Positions 25,260 through 33,926 of a DNA stretch of 64,000 nt are shown in pieces; position 1 is the first letter of the stretch; every line of letters starts with the position of its first letter. The position numbers and the translations under genes are program-made. The notes beneath the pieces are model-generated. The model was not told the DNA's origin. It saw nothing but the letters and a program-made list of their open reading frames with translations, and did not search any database. The DNA lies in NCBI GenBank assembly GCA_003140935.1, contig PLLJ01000041.1, positions 12,212 to 76,211 on the forward strand. Direction: 5' to 3'. Origin of the DNA: Candidatus Omnitrophota bacterium. GTDB lineage: Bacteria > Omnitrophota > Omnitrophia > Omnitrophales > Aquincolibacteriaceae.

Positions 25260-27711
25260 CCGCCACCACAAGGTTGATCGTGCGCCCCGGAACGATGATG
25301 ACCTTTTTGACTGTCTTCCCCACAAGGAGCTCTTTGACGCGCGGGTGTTCAAGAGACATCTGTTTCATCGCGTCTTCGCTCTGACCATGAGAAACGACCA
25401 TTTTCGCACGCACTTTACCCCCCACCAGAATGGCCATCTCGGTCTGATCCTCGACGAGATACTTTTCATCATACTCGGGCCATTTTTCATAAGCAAGCGT
25501 CTTGGTATGACCCAAACGCTGCCACAGCTCTTCCGCCACGTGAGGTGCAAGGGGCGCCAAGAGAAGCAGGAACTTCTCCAGAACTTCCCTCGCGTGGTCT
25601 TGTCCCTGTGCTATTTCGTTCATAAAGATCATCAAGGCCGAGATCGCCGTGTTGAATCGCAACCCCTCCATATCTTCCGTCACCTTTTTGATCGTCTTGT
25701 GGAGTGTCTTCAATTCGACGGCATTGGGCACGCGCGGAACGATGCTCGCATGAAGTCTTTCGTCCTTATCGAGAAAAAGCCTCCACACTTTCCCGAGAAA
25801 TCTGTAGACACCTTCCACGCCGGAATTTGCCCATGGCTTTGTCATTTCCAAAGGTCCCATGAACATTTCGTAAAGCCGGAGACTGTCGGCGCCGTACTGC
25901 GCGATCATCTCATCGGGATTGACCACGTTGCCGCGCGACTTGGACATCTTCTGGCTATCTTCGCCGAGGATCATGCCCTGGTTGGTAAGCCTCTGGAACG
26001 GTTCGGGAGTAGAAACAACGCCCATGTCATAAAGCACCTTGTGCCAGAACCTTGAATAAAGCAGATGAAGTACCGCGTGTTCCGCGCCGCCGACATAAAG
26101 ATCCACATTCATCCAGTATTTTTCTTTTCGAGGATCGACCGGGGCCTTCGTGTTTTTCGGATCAAGATAGCGAAGATAATACCAGCACGAACCCGCCCAT
26201 TGAGGCATGGTGTTCGTTTCGCGCGTGGCTGGGCCGCCACATTTCGAACATTTGCAATGGAGCCAATCCTTGGCTTTGGCAAGCGGCGGTTCGGCATTCC
26301 CGGTCGGTGTGTAATCTTTCATTTCCGGAAGGCAGAGCGGCAACTCACTTTCGGGAATAAGGACAGGACCGCATTTCGCACAATGCACAACCGGGATCGG
26401 CTCACCCCAGTAGCGCTGACGGCTGAAGAGCCAGTCACGGAGTTTGTACTGGACCGCTTCTTTGCCAATCCTCCGTTCCTCAAGCCACTTCGTGATTTTC
26501 TTTTTCGCTTCTGGTGTGGAAAGCCCGGTGATGAGCCCGGAATTCACGCAGAGACCGTCTCCCTCGAATCCTAATGATTCCTTTCCTGCCGGCGCCTGAA
26601 CCACCACCTCCACCGGAAGCTTGTAAGCTTTGGCGAATTCAAGATCACGCGTATCATGGCCCGGCACGGCCATAATAGCACCCGTCCCGTATCCCATAAG
26701 CACATAATCCGCGATCCACACCGGGATCTTCTTATCATTCACGGGATTGATCGCATAAGCGCCCGTAAAAACGCCTGTTTTCTCTTTGGCAAGGTCGGTG
26801 CGATCAAGATCGGATTTATGTGTCGCGGTGGCCACATAAGCCCGTACGGCCTTCTTCTGGGCCAACGTCGTGATCTTTGCCACCATGGAGTGTTCCGGCG
26901 CTAAAACCATATACGTTGCTCCGAAAAGAGTGTCCGGCCGCGTCGTGAAAACACGAATGACGCCGGTGCTTTTTTCTAATCTGAAATCGACTTCCGCGCC
27001 AACGGACTTCCCGATCCAGTTACGCTGCATCTCCTTGATGGATTCGGACCAATCCAAAAGATCCAGATCTTTTAAAAGACGCTCGGCATAGGCCGTGATC
27101 TTGAGGATCCATTGTCGAAGCGGACGGCGGTAGACATCCTTATGGCCTTTGCGCTCACAGGTGCCGTTCGCGTCCACTTCTTCGTTCGCGAGAACGGTCT
27201 TGCAGCCATCGCACCACCACACCGGGATCTCGGATTCATAGGCCAAACCTTTTTCAAAAAGTTTCATGAATATCCATTGAGTCCAGCGGAAATAATCGGG
27301 ATCCGTCGTATCGATCTCGCGTTCCCAGTCATAACTAAAACCGACCTGGCGGATCTGGCGTTTGAAGGTCTGGATATTCTTCTGGGTGGTCTCGCGAGGA
27401 TGCGTACCGGTCTCGATGGCGTATTGCTCGGCGGGAAGTCCGAACGCGTCCCAACCCATGGGATGCAAAACATTGAACCCGCGCATGCGTTTATAACGAC
27501 TGACAATATCGGTCGCAGTATAACCTTCGAGATGGCCCACATGGAGGCCGGAACCGGAAGGATAGGGAAACATGTCGAGAACGTAATATTTTGGTTTTTC
27601 TCCCCCGGGATCGCCGGGGTCAGGAGACCGGAAGGTTTGGTGATCGGCCCAGTAGGTCTGCCATTTTTTTTCGATCACGTCGAAAGGATATGCTTTAAAG
27701 CCGCTGGCCAT
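25252..27711 (-). CDS. leuS: Leucyl-tRNA synthetase
   Basis: 819 aa. HIGH motif (HVGHLEGY), KMSKS (KMSKSRGN), and the CP1 editing domain. Ribosome-binding site AGGAGA 9 nt upstream. Confidence 0.95.
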   Translation of the reverse strand: MASGFKAYPFDVIEKKWQTYWADHQTFRSPDPGDPGGEKPKYYVLDMFPYPSGSGLHVGHLEGYTATDIVSRYKRMRGFNVLHPMGWDAFGLPAEQYAIETGTHPRETTQKNIQTFKRQIRQVGFSYDWEREIDTTDPDYFRWTQWIFMKLFEKGLAYESEIPVWWCDGCKTVLANEEVDANGTCERKGHKDVYRRPLRQWILKITAYAERLLKDLDLLDWSESIKEMQRNWIGKSVGAEVDFRLEKSTGVIRVFTTRPDTLFGATYMVLAPEHSMVAKITTLAQKKAVRAYVATATHKSDLDRTDLAKEKTGVFTGAYAINPVNDKKIPVWIADYVLMGYGTGAIMAVPGHDTRDLEFAKAYKLPVEVVVQAPAGKESLGFEGDGLCVNSGLITGLSTPEAKKKITKWLEERRIGKEAVQYKLRDWLFSRQRYWGEPIPVVHCAKCGPVLIPESELPLCLPEMKDYTPTGNAEPPLAKAKDWLHCKCSKCGGPATRETNTMPQWAGSCWYYLRYLDPKNTKAPVDPRKEKYWMNVDLYVGGAEHAVLHLLYSRFWHKVLYDMGVVSTPEPFQRLTNQGMILGEDSQKMSKSRGNVVNPDEMIAQYGADSLRLYEMFMGPLEMTKPWANSGVEGVYRFLGKVWRLFLDKDERLHASIVPRVPNAVELKTLHKTIKKVTEDMEGLRFNTAISALMIFMNEIAQGQDHAREVLEKFLLLLAPLAPHVAEELWQRLGHTKTLAYEKWPEYDEKYLVEDQTEMAILVGGKVRAKMVVSHGQSEDAMKQMSLEHPRVKELLVGKTVKKVIIVPGRTINLVVADA

Positions 27712-27740
27712 GAACGGGCTATCTCCTAGAAATGAATCAA

Positions 27741-27825
27741 TGCGGAGAGAGAGAGTCGAACTCTCATGGTATTGCTACCGCTGGATTTTGAGTCCAGTGC
27801 GTCTGCCAGTTCCGCCATCCCCGCA
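27741..27825 (-). tRNA. tRNA-Leu(CAA), class II with a long variable arm
   Basis: Hand-folded. Acceptor GCGGGGA/TCTCCGC with one G-U pair. Anticodon stem CTGGA/TCCAG, loop CTCAAAA, anticodon CAA. A 15-nt variable arm with a GGTA/TACC stem. T arm GAGAG-TTCGACT-CTCTC. Discriminator A; CCA not encoded. It produces the MAELADALDSKS artefact ORF in the track. Confidence 0.85.
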
Positions 27826-27828
27826 AAA
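27786..27828. repeat. 43-bp perfect direct repeat, copy A (the 5' 39 nt of tRNA-Leu plus 4 nt of its upstream flank)
   Basis: TTTTGAGTCCAGTGCGTCTGCCAGTTCCGCCATCCCCGCAAAA is identical to 36552..36594. Confidence 0.9.
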
Positions 27829-28313
27829 GCTATAACTGCATCAATTATAATGACTTGCAGAATATTCGAATTCCGTCTTATTCTCTGAGTATCCTGCCTT
27901 GTGTCCACTTTTGTGTCTATTTTTTTCTTTTATGTCCTAGAACATTGTCCAACACACCCACAACTTTTTTGCTTGCTCAAATGGCTGCAACGCATGACCA
28001 CCTGAATCGACGCCTGCCCTAGAAGTCTCGAAACAGCCACAAGATCAACTTCGTTCATTACTAAATGAGAAGCGAAGATGCGGCCATCCTCAACCTTCGC
28101 CTACTCTAACGCAACCTCAAATGCTTCTCGATGGTACGAGGAGAAGATATTAGGCGAGTCCGGCCCTTTTTTCAATAACAGAATCAGATTTAATCAGATT
28201 TTTACACACGACAGTTATAAGGAGAGACGAGGCCCGCGTTAGCGAATGTCGTAATTGATGGTAAAAGCGACAATGGGTAAGACGCTTTCAACACGTCCTG
28301 ATGAAATAGGACA

Positions 28314-29162
28314 TCAAGGACTTGATCTTTCCGTCGTGGATTTGTGATGCTTTTGTTCGATCCGATCGATAGCCAGCAGGATCCCGAACAAGATCGCCTC
28401 GGGTCGCGGAGGACAGCCCGGTATGTACACGTCGATTGGCAGTATGTTAGCTGCGCCGCCCGCACTCGCATAGCTAGTGCCGGCAACACCGCCGGAGCAT
28501 GCGCACGCACCAACCGCAATAACTACCCGCGGTTCAGCGATAGCCTCAAAAGTACGGCGAGCTGCCAGTTCAAGATTACGCGTGACGCACCCTGTGACAA
28601 TGACACCGTCTGCATGACGCGGAGAAGCCACAAAATCTATACAGAGACGACGGATGTCATAATGCGGAGCCAAAAGAGCATTGAGCTCCCAGTCACACGC
28701 ATTGCATGAACCTGTGTCCAAGTGACGCAAATGGAGCGAGTCCTTAAATATATTGTAAATGCGCGTATTGATGCGGTCGACCACTGTTGTTTGATCTACA
28801 AGCTCAAGGGGAATTTCAGCCACCCTTCCCTGGGCATCACGGCTATATTGAATCAGCAGATCCTTGCGCAGTCGACCGGAAAGCTCAAATTCCCGATTCA
28901 TTCGAAGAGCCCCTCCACGAGCCTTGTCCGCGCAACGCCCGCAGAAAATGCATCGCGCAAGATCGATCGTATAGACCCCCGAGAGCCCATCCCGGGTGAT
29001 GGCCCCCGTCGGGCATACCGAGGCTGGTGGCAGATCGGAAAAAAGACATCCCGTCCGCGGCTCCGGGACACCCCGAAAACGTTCGGGCGGGTCGGTGCGG
29101 ACGGCGGGATAGCGTGTCGTCACCACCCCCTGGCGTAAACCTTTGATCAGATTTCGTAACAT
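28314..29162 (-). CDS. Fused NuoI-like 4Fe-4S ferredoxin and NuoB-like small subunit of a group-4 [NiFe]-hydrogenase (HyfH-HyfI / HycF-HycG fusion)
   Basis: N-terminal ITxRYP motif (VVTTRYPAVR) and CIFCGRCADKA...CP, as in NuoI/HycF. The C-terminal half carries the NuoB/HycG cluster-ligand motifs TGSCNACDWE, GACACSGG and IPGCPPRPE. Confidence 0.85.
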   Translation of the reverse strand: MLRNLIKGLRQGVVTTRYPAVRTDPPERFRGVPEPRTGCLFSDLPPASVCPTGAITRDGLSGVYTIDLARCIFCGRCADKARGGALRMNREFELSGRLRKDLLIQYSRDAQGRVAEIPLELVDQTTVVDRINTRIYNIFKDSLHLRHLDTGSCNACDWELNALLAPHYDIRRLCIDFVASPRHADGVIVTGCVTRNLELAARRTFEAIAEPRVVIAVGACACSGGVAGTSYASAGGAANILPIDVYIPGCPPRPEAILFGILLAIDRIEQKHHKSTTERSSP

Positions 29163-29199
29163 TCGCTACCTCTCTGTTTCGGCATTCCCTGTTCTGCGT

Positions 29200-30834
29200 C
29201 TAGCGATCGCAACAAGCATAGCAGAGCTCAAAACTTTTATTCACCAACGGAAAATCGGGAATGATCGCATTTAAGGCCGCATACGGTACGGCCGGCCAGT
29301 TGGCATAACTGGCGGAACGCACATGATAGCGGTCCACACATCCGTTCCCGTCGGTGCGCAGCCAGTGAATGGACGCGCCGCGCGGCGACTCCACCGCGGA
29401 CAGCCCGATCCTCCAGGGCGGCAGGACTTCGGGAAGCGGGAGAAAAAAAGGGCCCGGCGGCAACTTCTTGGCCAGGAGCTGAAGGAGCCGTATGGATTCA
29501 AACGCTTCGGCCACCCGTACTTTGACGCGGGACTGAACATCCCCCGAAGATTTTGTCACCACCTGTGGGAGGACGGCCCCCGGCATGGCATAGCCCGCGT
29601 GGGGGTGGTCCCGGCGCGCATCCCGATCGATCCCGCTGGCGCGGGCCGTCACCCCCGTCACTCCCAGATCTTTTGCGATCTGAGCGGATAAAGTGCCGGT
29701 GCAATCCATGCGGTCCATCACCGAGGAGTTGTACGAAAAGCTCGTCATGAGTTCCTCAAGCTGTTTGCCGAGGGTGGCGGTGATCGTAGAAACCGCCGCC
29801 ATTTGCTGCGCGGTAAAATCGTAACGGACCCCGCCGGGAAACACCATGCCGCGCAAAAAACGGTTTCCCGTCAGCCGTTCGTTTTCCCGCTGGAGCTCTT
29901 CCTTGAGACGCGCCCCCGCCGAGGTTCCCCAGTGATAACCGACGCCCGCACAAATCGCGCCGATGTCTCCCACATGGTTATAGAGCCGCTCCAATTCCAG
30001 GGCGAGGGTCCGGAGACACTGGGCGCGCGGCGGGACCGTCACGCCGGCGATCTGTTCGACGGCTTCGGAAAAAGCAAGAGCGTTCGCGACCGAACAGGCA
30101 CCGCATAAACGCTCGGCCAGGTAAAAGGCCTCATCGAGGGGAAGGCCTTCCGCCCGCTTTTCAAGTCCCCGGTGAGCGTAGAACAGCCGCGCATCGAGGT
30201 GAAGCACGGTCTCCCCCACGGAGCTGAATCGGAAATGACCCGGCTCAATGATGCCCGCATGGATCGGACCCACGGGGATCTCCATGACCCCTTCTCCCTC
30301 GATCATCAGGTGGGGAAATTCCACCGCGGATAGTTTTTCGGGCCGCATTTTCGGATCGAAATCTTTACGCAACGGATAGAGCCCCGGAGGCCAACCATCG
30401 TGTAAGACCAATGATCGCGGATCGGGATGCCCCTCGGGATCGATGCCCAACATGTCCCGCATCTCCCGTTCGTGCCAATTGGCCGCCGGCACCAGCGACG
30501 TGATCGAAGGCACCCGGGGATTTCCCGGATCCAAAGAGACCCGAAGCGTCACAAAGAGATCCGCGAGCGGGCCCTTGAGAGGGCTTGCCGGCTCGAAAAT
30601 GTAGCGGACCTTAAAGTCGCCGTCGGCCTCTCGCCGTTCATCGGTCGCAACGATGATCGCCAGCCCCATGCCAAGATCGTTTATTAGGGCACCCACCGCG
30701 GCTAAGAGATCCTCCTTTTGTTGAAGGCGTACAGTGAGGTCCTGCGATCGGGGGCCCGTCAGAAAAGCGGCGCGATCCCCCATCCGGCCACTGAGCAGTT
30801 TCTGGATGCTTTTGGCTGACAGCCTAGTGCCCAA
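29200..30834 (-). CDS. Group-4 [NiFe]-hydrogenase large subunit with N-terminal NuoC-like domain (HycE/HyfG-like)
   Basis: The NuoC signature WHEREMRDMLGI is present. N-terminal Ni-binding pair RLCGACS and C-terminal ELCYACCDR (CxxC). 544 aa. Confidence 0.85.
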   Translation of the reverse strand: MGTRLSAKSIQKLLSGRMGDRAAFLTGPRSQDLTVRLQQKEDLLAAVGALINDLGMGLAIIVATDERREADGDFKVRYIFEPASPLKGPLADLFVTLRVSLDPGNPRVPSITSLVPAANWHEREMRDMLGIDPEGHPDPRSLVLHDGWPPGLYPLRKDFDPKMRPEKLSAVEFPHLMIEGEGVMEIPVGPIHAGIIEPGHFRFSSVGETVLHLDARLFYAHRGLEKRAEGLPLDEAFYLAERLCGACSVANALAFSEAVEQIAGVTVPPRAQCLRTLALELERLYNHVGDIGAICAGVGYHWGTSAGARLKEELQRENERLTGNRFLRGMVFPGGVRYDFTAQQMAAVSTITATLGKQLEELMTSFSYNSSVMDRMDCTGTLSAQIAKDLGVTGVTARASGIDRDARRDHPHAGYAMPGAVLPQVVTKSSGDVQSRVKVRVAEAFESIRLLQLLAKKLPPGPFFLPLPEVLPPWRIGLSAVESPRGASIHWLRTDGNGCVDRYHVRSASYANWPAVPYAALNAIIPDFPLVNKSFELCYACCDR

Positions 30835-32290
30835 GGGTTACCTCCACAGCGCGGGTAAAAATAGTATCAAGCACCGGAGGGATCATAAGCCCCAGCCCGA
30901 TCATGACAACCACCAGCAGCGACATGGCCAGCACTCCGGAAGCGGGTTCCCCACCGCGGGGCACGGCCGGATCCGGTTCGCCGAACGCCATTTTACCGGC
31001 GTGGTGGATGAGCCCGGCAAAGATGGCGATCACCATCAGAAGAAAAATAGCGATTGCGACAAAGTAGCCTCCCGCAAGACCGGCTTTGAGCACGAGCAGT
31101 TCGCTCACAAAGATGGAGAACGGCGGCGTGCCGGCCAGAGAAAAGGCCCCCAACATGAGGAACGTTCCGGCATAGGGAGCGGCGCGGATAAATCCCCGGA
31201 TCTTGTCCATCGTGTGGGTTTTGTACCGGTCGATGGCATCCCCCGCCACAAAAAAAACCAGCGCCTTGGTCACCCCGTGATTGATAACATGAAACAAGGC
31301 AGCGTAGGTTCCCAAAGGGCCGCCGATCCCGAGGCCCAGGGCGATGATGCCCACGTGTTCTACGCTGTGGTAACCCAGCAGGCGTTTGAAATTTTGCTGA
31401 GTCAGAATAAAGGGTGTTGCGACCACGATCGAGATGATCCCGAATAATAAAAGCAGATGCCCTGAAAATCCGGGGCCGCAGGCACCGATGGCGATCGTGT
31501 GAAAGCGGATGATACCGAACAAAGCACACTTAATCAGCGCGCCCGACAACAACGCCGACACCGGCGTCGGCGCCTGGCTGTGGGCATCGGGTAGCCACAT
31601 ATGCATGGGTGCAAGGCCAGCCTTGGTGCCGTACCCGATCATGATGAAAATAAATCCGATCCGCACGATGTTCGGGTCGAGTCGGGATGCCATCGAAGCG
31701 ATGGTTGTGAAGTTCATGGCCCCCTCGGATGCCCCAGCGTGCGCAGCCGCGGCATATACCAACACCGTACCGAACAGGCCAAATGAAATACCGATCGTGG
31801 TAACAATGATGTACTTCCACGCCGCCTCAAGGCCGTTGCTGTCGAGGCGAAAACCGACCAGGAGTGCCGAGGTGATGGTCGTGGCCTCCATGGTGATCCA
31901 CAGCAAGCCCAAGTTGTCAGCGAGCACCGTGATCAGCATGGTGGCGATAAAGACCTGGGTGAGGGCGAAGTATTTCGAAAGGCGGTGTTCAGCCATACCC
32001 CCGCTGGCGACCTCACGACGCATCCAACCGACGGTGTAAATGGCGGTGGTCACGCTGAGCAAGGCAATCAAACCGAGAAATACCACGGTCACAGCATCCG
32101 CGGAAAATGTTTTTACCGCTCGCAATGGCCCGGCATGCATAACCGCCTGCGCAACAGCCCAGACTAGCATAACGATCGTTGAAGTGCTTACGATGTCGAG
32201 CAGGTTCAACAGACGGCGGTCCTTGACCCCCAGCATCGCTAGGCCAACAACGGTCGGAACTAGCGGCAGTATCCATAATAAAGAAGACAT
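30824..32290 (-). CDS. NuoM/NuoN/MrpD-type antiporter-like membrane subunit (HyfD/HyfF-like)
   Basis: 488-aa polytopic protein with the conserved NuoL/M/N-family core (..LWLPDAH.., ..GI.R..IA..G..). Confidence 0.8.
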   Translation of the reverse strand: MSSLLWILPLVPTVVGLAMLGVKDRRLLNLLDIVSTSTIVMLVWAVAQAVMHAGPLRAVKTFSADAVTVVFLGLIALLSVTTAIYTVGWMRREVASGGMAEHRLSKYFALTQVFIATMLITVLADNLGLLWITMEATTITSALLVGFRLDSNGLEAAWKYIIVTTIGISFGLFGTVLVYAAAAHAGASEGAMNFTTIASMASRLDPNIVRIGFIFIMIGYGTKAGLAPMHMWLPDAHSQAPTPVSALLSGALIKCALFGIIRFHTIAIGACGPGFSGHLLLLFGIISIVVATPFILTQQNFKRLLGYHSVEHVGIIALGLGIGGPLGTYAALFHVINHGVTKALVFFVAGDAIDRYKTHTMDKIRGFIRAAPYAGTFLMLGAFSLAGTPPFSIFVSELLVLKAGLAGGYFVAIAIFLLMVIAIFAGLIHHAGKMAFGEPDPAVPRGGEPASGVLAMSLLVVVMIGLGLMIPPVLDTIFTRAVEVTLGH

Positions 32291-32295
32291 CCGTG

Positions 32296-32952
32296 TTATC
32301 CTTTCAGCTCATCCAAGTCGGCAATGTCAGAACCGATGCTTGATTTGACGCGAAGAATGATCACTCCCATCACCAGCGCGGCAAGGATCACGTCGAGGGT
32401 GACTCCAATCTCAATGATGAGCGGCATGCCTTGGCTGATCGCCATAGCCGTAAAAAAGATCCCGTTCTCGGCAGCAAACAATCCGACCATCTGCATCAGG
32501 GCCGTACGCCGAGACATCATGACCAAAATACCGATGAGCATGAGCGCGATCCCAATCGGAAGGGCATTTCCGGTAATGACCTGCTTGAGCAAGACGAGAG
32601 ATGATGACAGGTAAAACGCAAGCATGACAATGGCCGCGGCAATGGCAAGCGTCGTCGTAACCGGGATAAGCGGATCGATCTTATGATGGATCCGCATGCG
32701 GTGGATGACCCGCAACAGCAGCCAGGGCAACACGAGGACTTTGACCACGAGTGTCAAGCCAGCGATGACCCACAGATCGGTGTTGTGAGTGGCTGCGCCA
32801 AGCACCGCACCGGCAAGAGCGATGAAGATCGACTGAACGGCCATCGTATAAATAGCCCGGTAAAGGTCTCCTGCCTCCAGAATAATGATCATCGTAATGA
32901 GCAGAAACGCTCCGATAATGTCGATGAGGTGTGTTGCCAGTTCTAAACTCAT
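32296..32952 (-). CDS. Small hydrophobic hydrogenase membrane subunit (HyfE-like)
   Basis: 218-aa multi-TM protein whose size and position match HyfE of Hyf-type operons. No soluble domain. Confidence 0.55.
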   Translation of the reverse strand: MSLELATHLIDIIGAFLLITMIIILEAGDLYRAIYTMAVQSIFIALAGAVLGAATHNTDLWVIAGLTLVVKVLVLPWLLLRVIHRMRIHHKIDPLIPVTTTLAIAAAIVMLAFYLSSSLVLLKQVITGNALPIGIALMLIGILVMMSRRTALMQMVGLFAAENGIFFTAMAISQGMPLIIEIGVTLDVILAALVMGVIILRVKSSIGSDIADLDELKG

Positions 32953-33926
32953 AGAAGCCTCAACGCAACCGCCAGAAAAGAGCTTAACAAACTAATGCTA
33001 AGGAACTGTGGAAGGTTAAAAAAACGCAGTTTCGCGTATGTAGATTCGACAATCGCTAAAAAGACCGATAGCGCCAAAGTTCCCAAAATAAAAGCGCCTA
33101 GTCCCATTACCAGCGCTTGAGGATTCGTGTTTGCAGCTTTCCACGGAAAGAATAGCGCCTGCACAAAAGCGATGAGGACGATCTGTTTGATGTGATGGGC
33201 AAGGACCAGACAGCCGAATCCGGGGCCCGAGTGTTCGAGCAGCATCCCTTCGTGTAGCATGGTGAGTTCTAGATGAGTATCCGGATTATCGACGGGAATA
33301 CGGCCCGTTTCGGCTAACAACAAAATAAGCATCGCGAAAAGAGCCAGGAGGTCGGCAGCCCCGAACGATCCGCGCATCCCTACCGGATGACCCGCGATCA
33401 CCCTCAGATCGGTGGTCCCCGCCACGATCGCGACCGAGAATATCACCAGGATCAACGCCGGCTCCACCAATGTGGCCACGGTCATTTCGCGAGACGCCCC
33501 CATGCCGCCAAAGGCTCCGCCCGCGTCGAGAGCCGCAATGGCCGTCAGGAATCGCGCCAGGGCAAACCAGCCCGCCAGCAAAAGAGCATCCCCGAGAGGC
33601 AACAGCGCCGCATGTCCGGCCGTAACGGGGGCAAAAAAGACAGGGACCAAGGTTGCCGCGGCACAGGTGGCCCCCAGGACGAGTACCGGCACCACGCGAA
33701 AAAATGAGCCGGAGGTGTCGGACTGGACCGTGCCTTTGCGCAGAAGTTTTAGGAGATCGCGGTAAGGCTGGAGGATCCCGGCACCGCGACGGCATTGTAA
33801 GCGGGCCTTCATTTTCTGGATCAAGCCCGTCACCAACGGTCCGAGCAACACCAGAAGGACCACCTGGATAAGAGGCAATATCCATCGAGTCAGCGTTTGG
33901 TCCACCTTACCCCCTTCCGAATACAA
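32949..33926 (-). CDS. NuoH-like membrane subunit (HycD/HyfC-like)
   Basis: 325-aa polytopic protein. Length and hydrophobicity pattern fit formate hydrogenlyase subunit 4/NuoH. It overlaps both neighbours by 4-20 nt. Confidence 0.75.
   Translation of the reverse strand: MYSEGGKVDQTLTRWILPLIQVVLLVLLGPLVTGLIQKMKARLQCRRGAGILQPYRDLLKLLRKGTVQSDTSGSFFRVVPVLVLGATCAAATLVPVFFAPVTAGHAALLPLGDALLLAGWFALARFLTAIAALDAGGAFGGMGASREMTVATLVEPALILVIFSVAIVAGTTDLRVIAGHPVGMRGSFGAADLLALFAMLILLLAETGRIPVDNPDTHLELTMLHEGMLLEHSGPGFGCLVLAHHIKQIVLIAFVQALFFPWKAANTNPQALVMGLGAFILGTLALSVFLAIVESTYAKLRFFNLPQFLSISLLSSFLAVALRLL

Noticed and set aside
27726-27908. 60-aa track ORF containing ...GMAELADALDSKS... (and the similar 36451..36747 ORF)
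   Set aside because: These are translations through tRNA genes: tRNA-Leu, its 5'-half copy, and tRNA-Ala. They are not proteins.
27905-27923. Exact 15-mer TTTTGTGTCTATTTT shared with 36411..36425
   Set aside because: A chance 15-mer repeat is expected a few times in 64 kb, especially in T-rich sequence. I kept it only as a low-interest note because both copies sit near the island ends.
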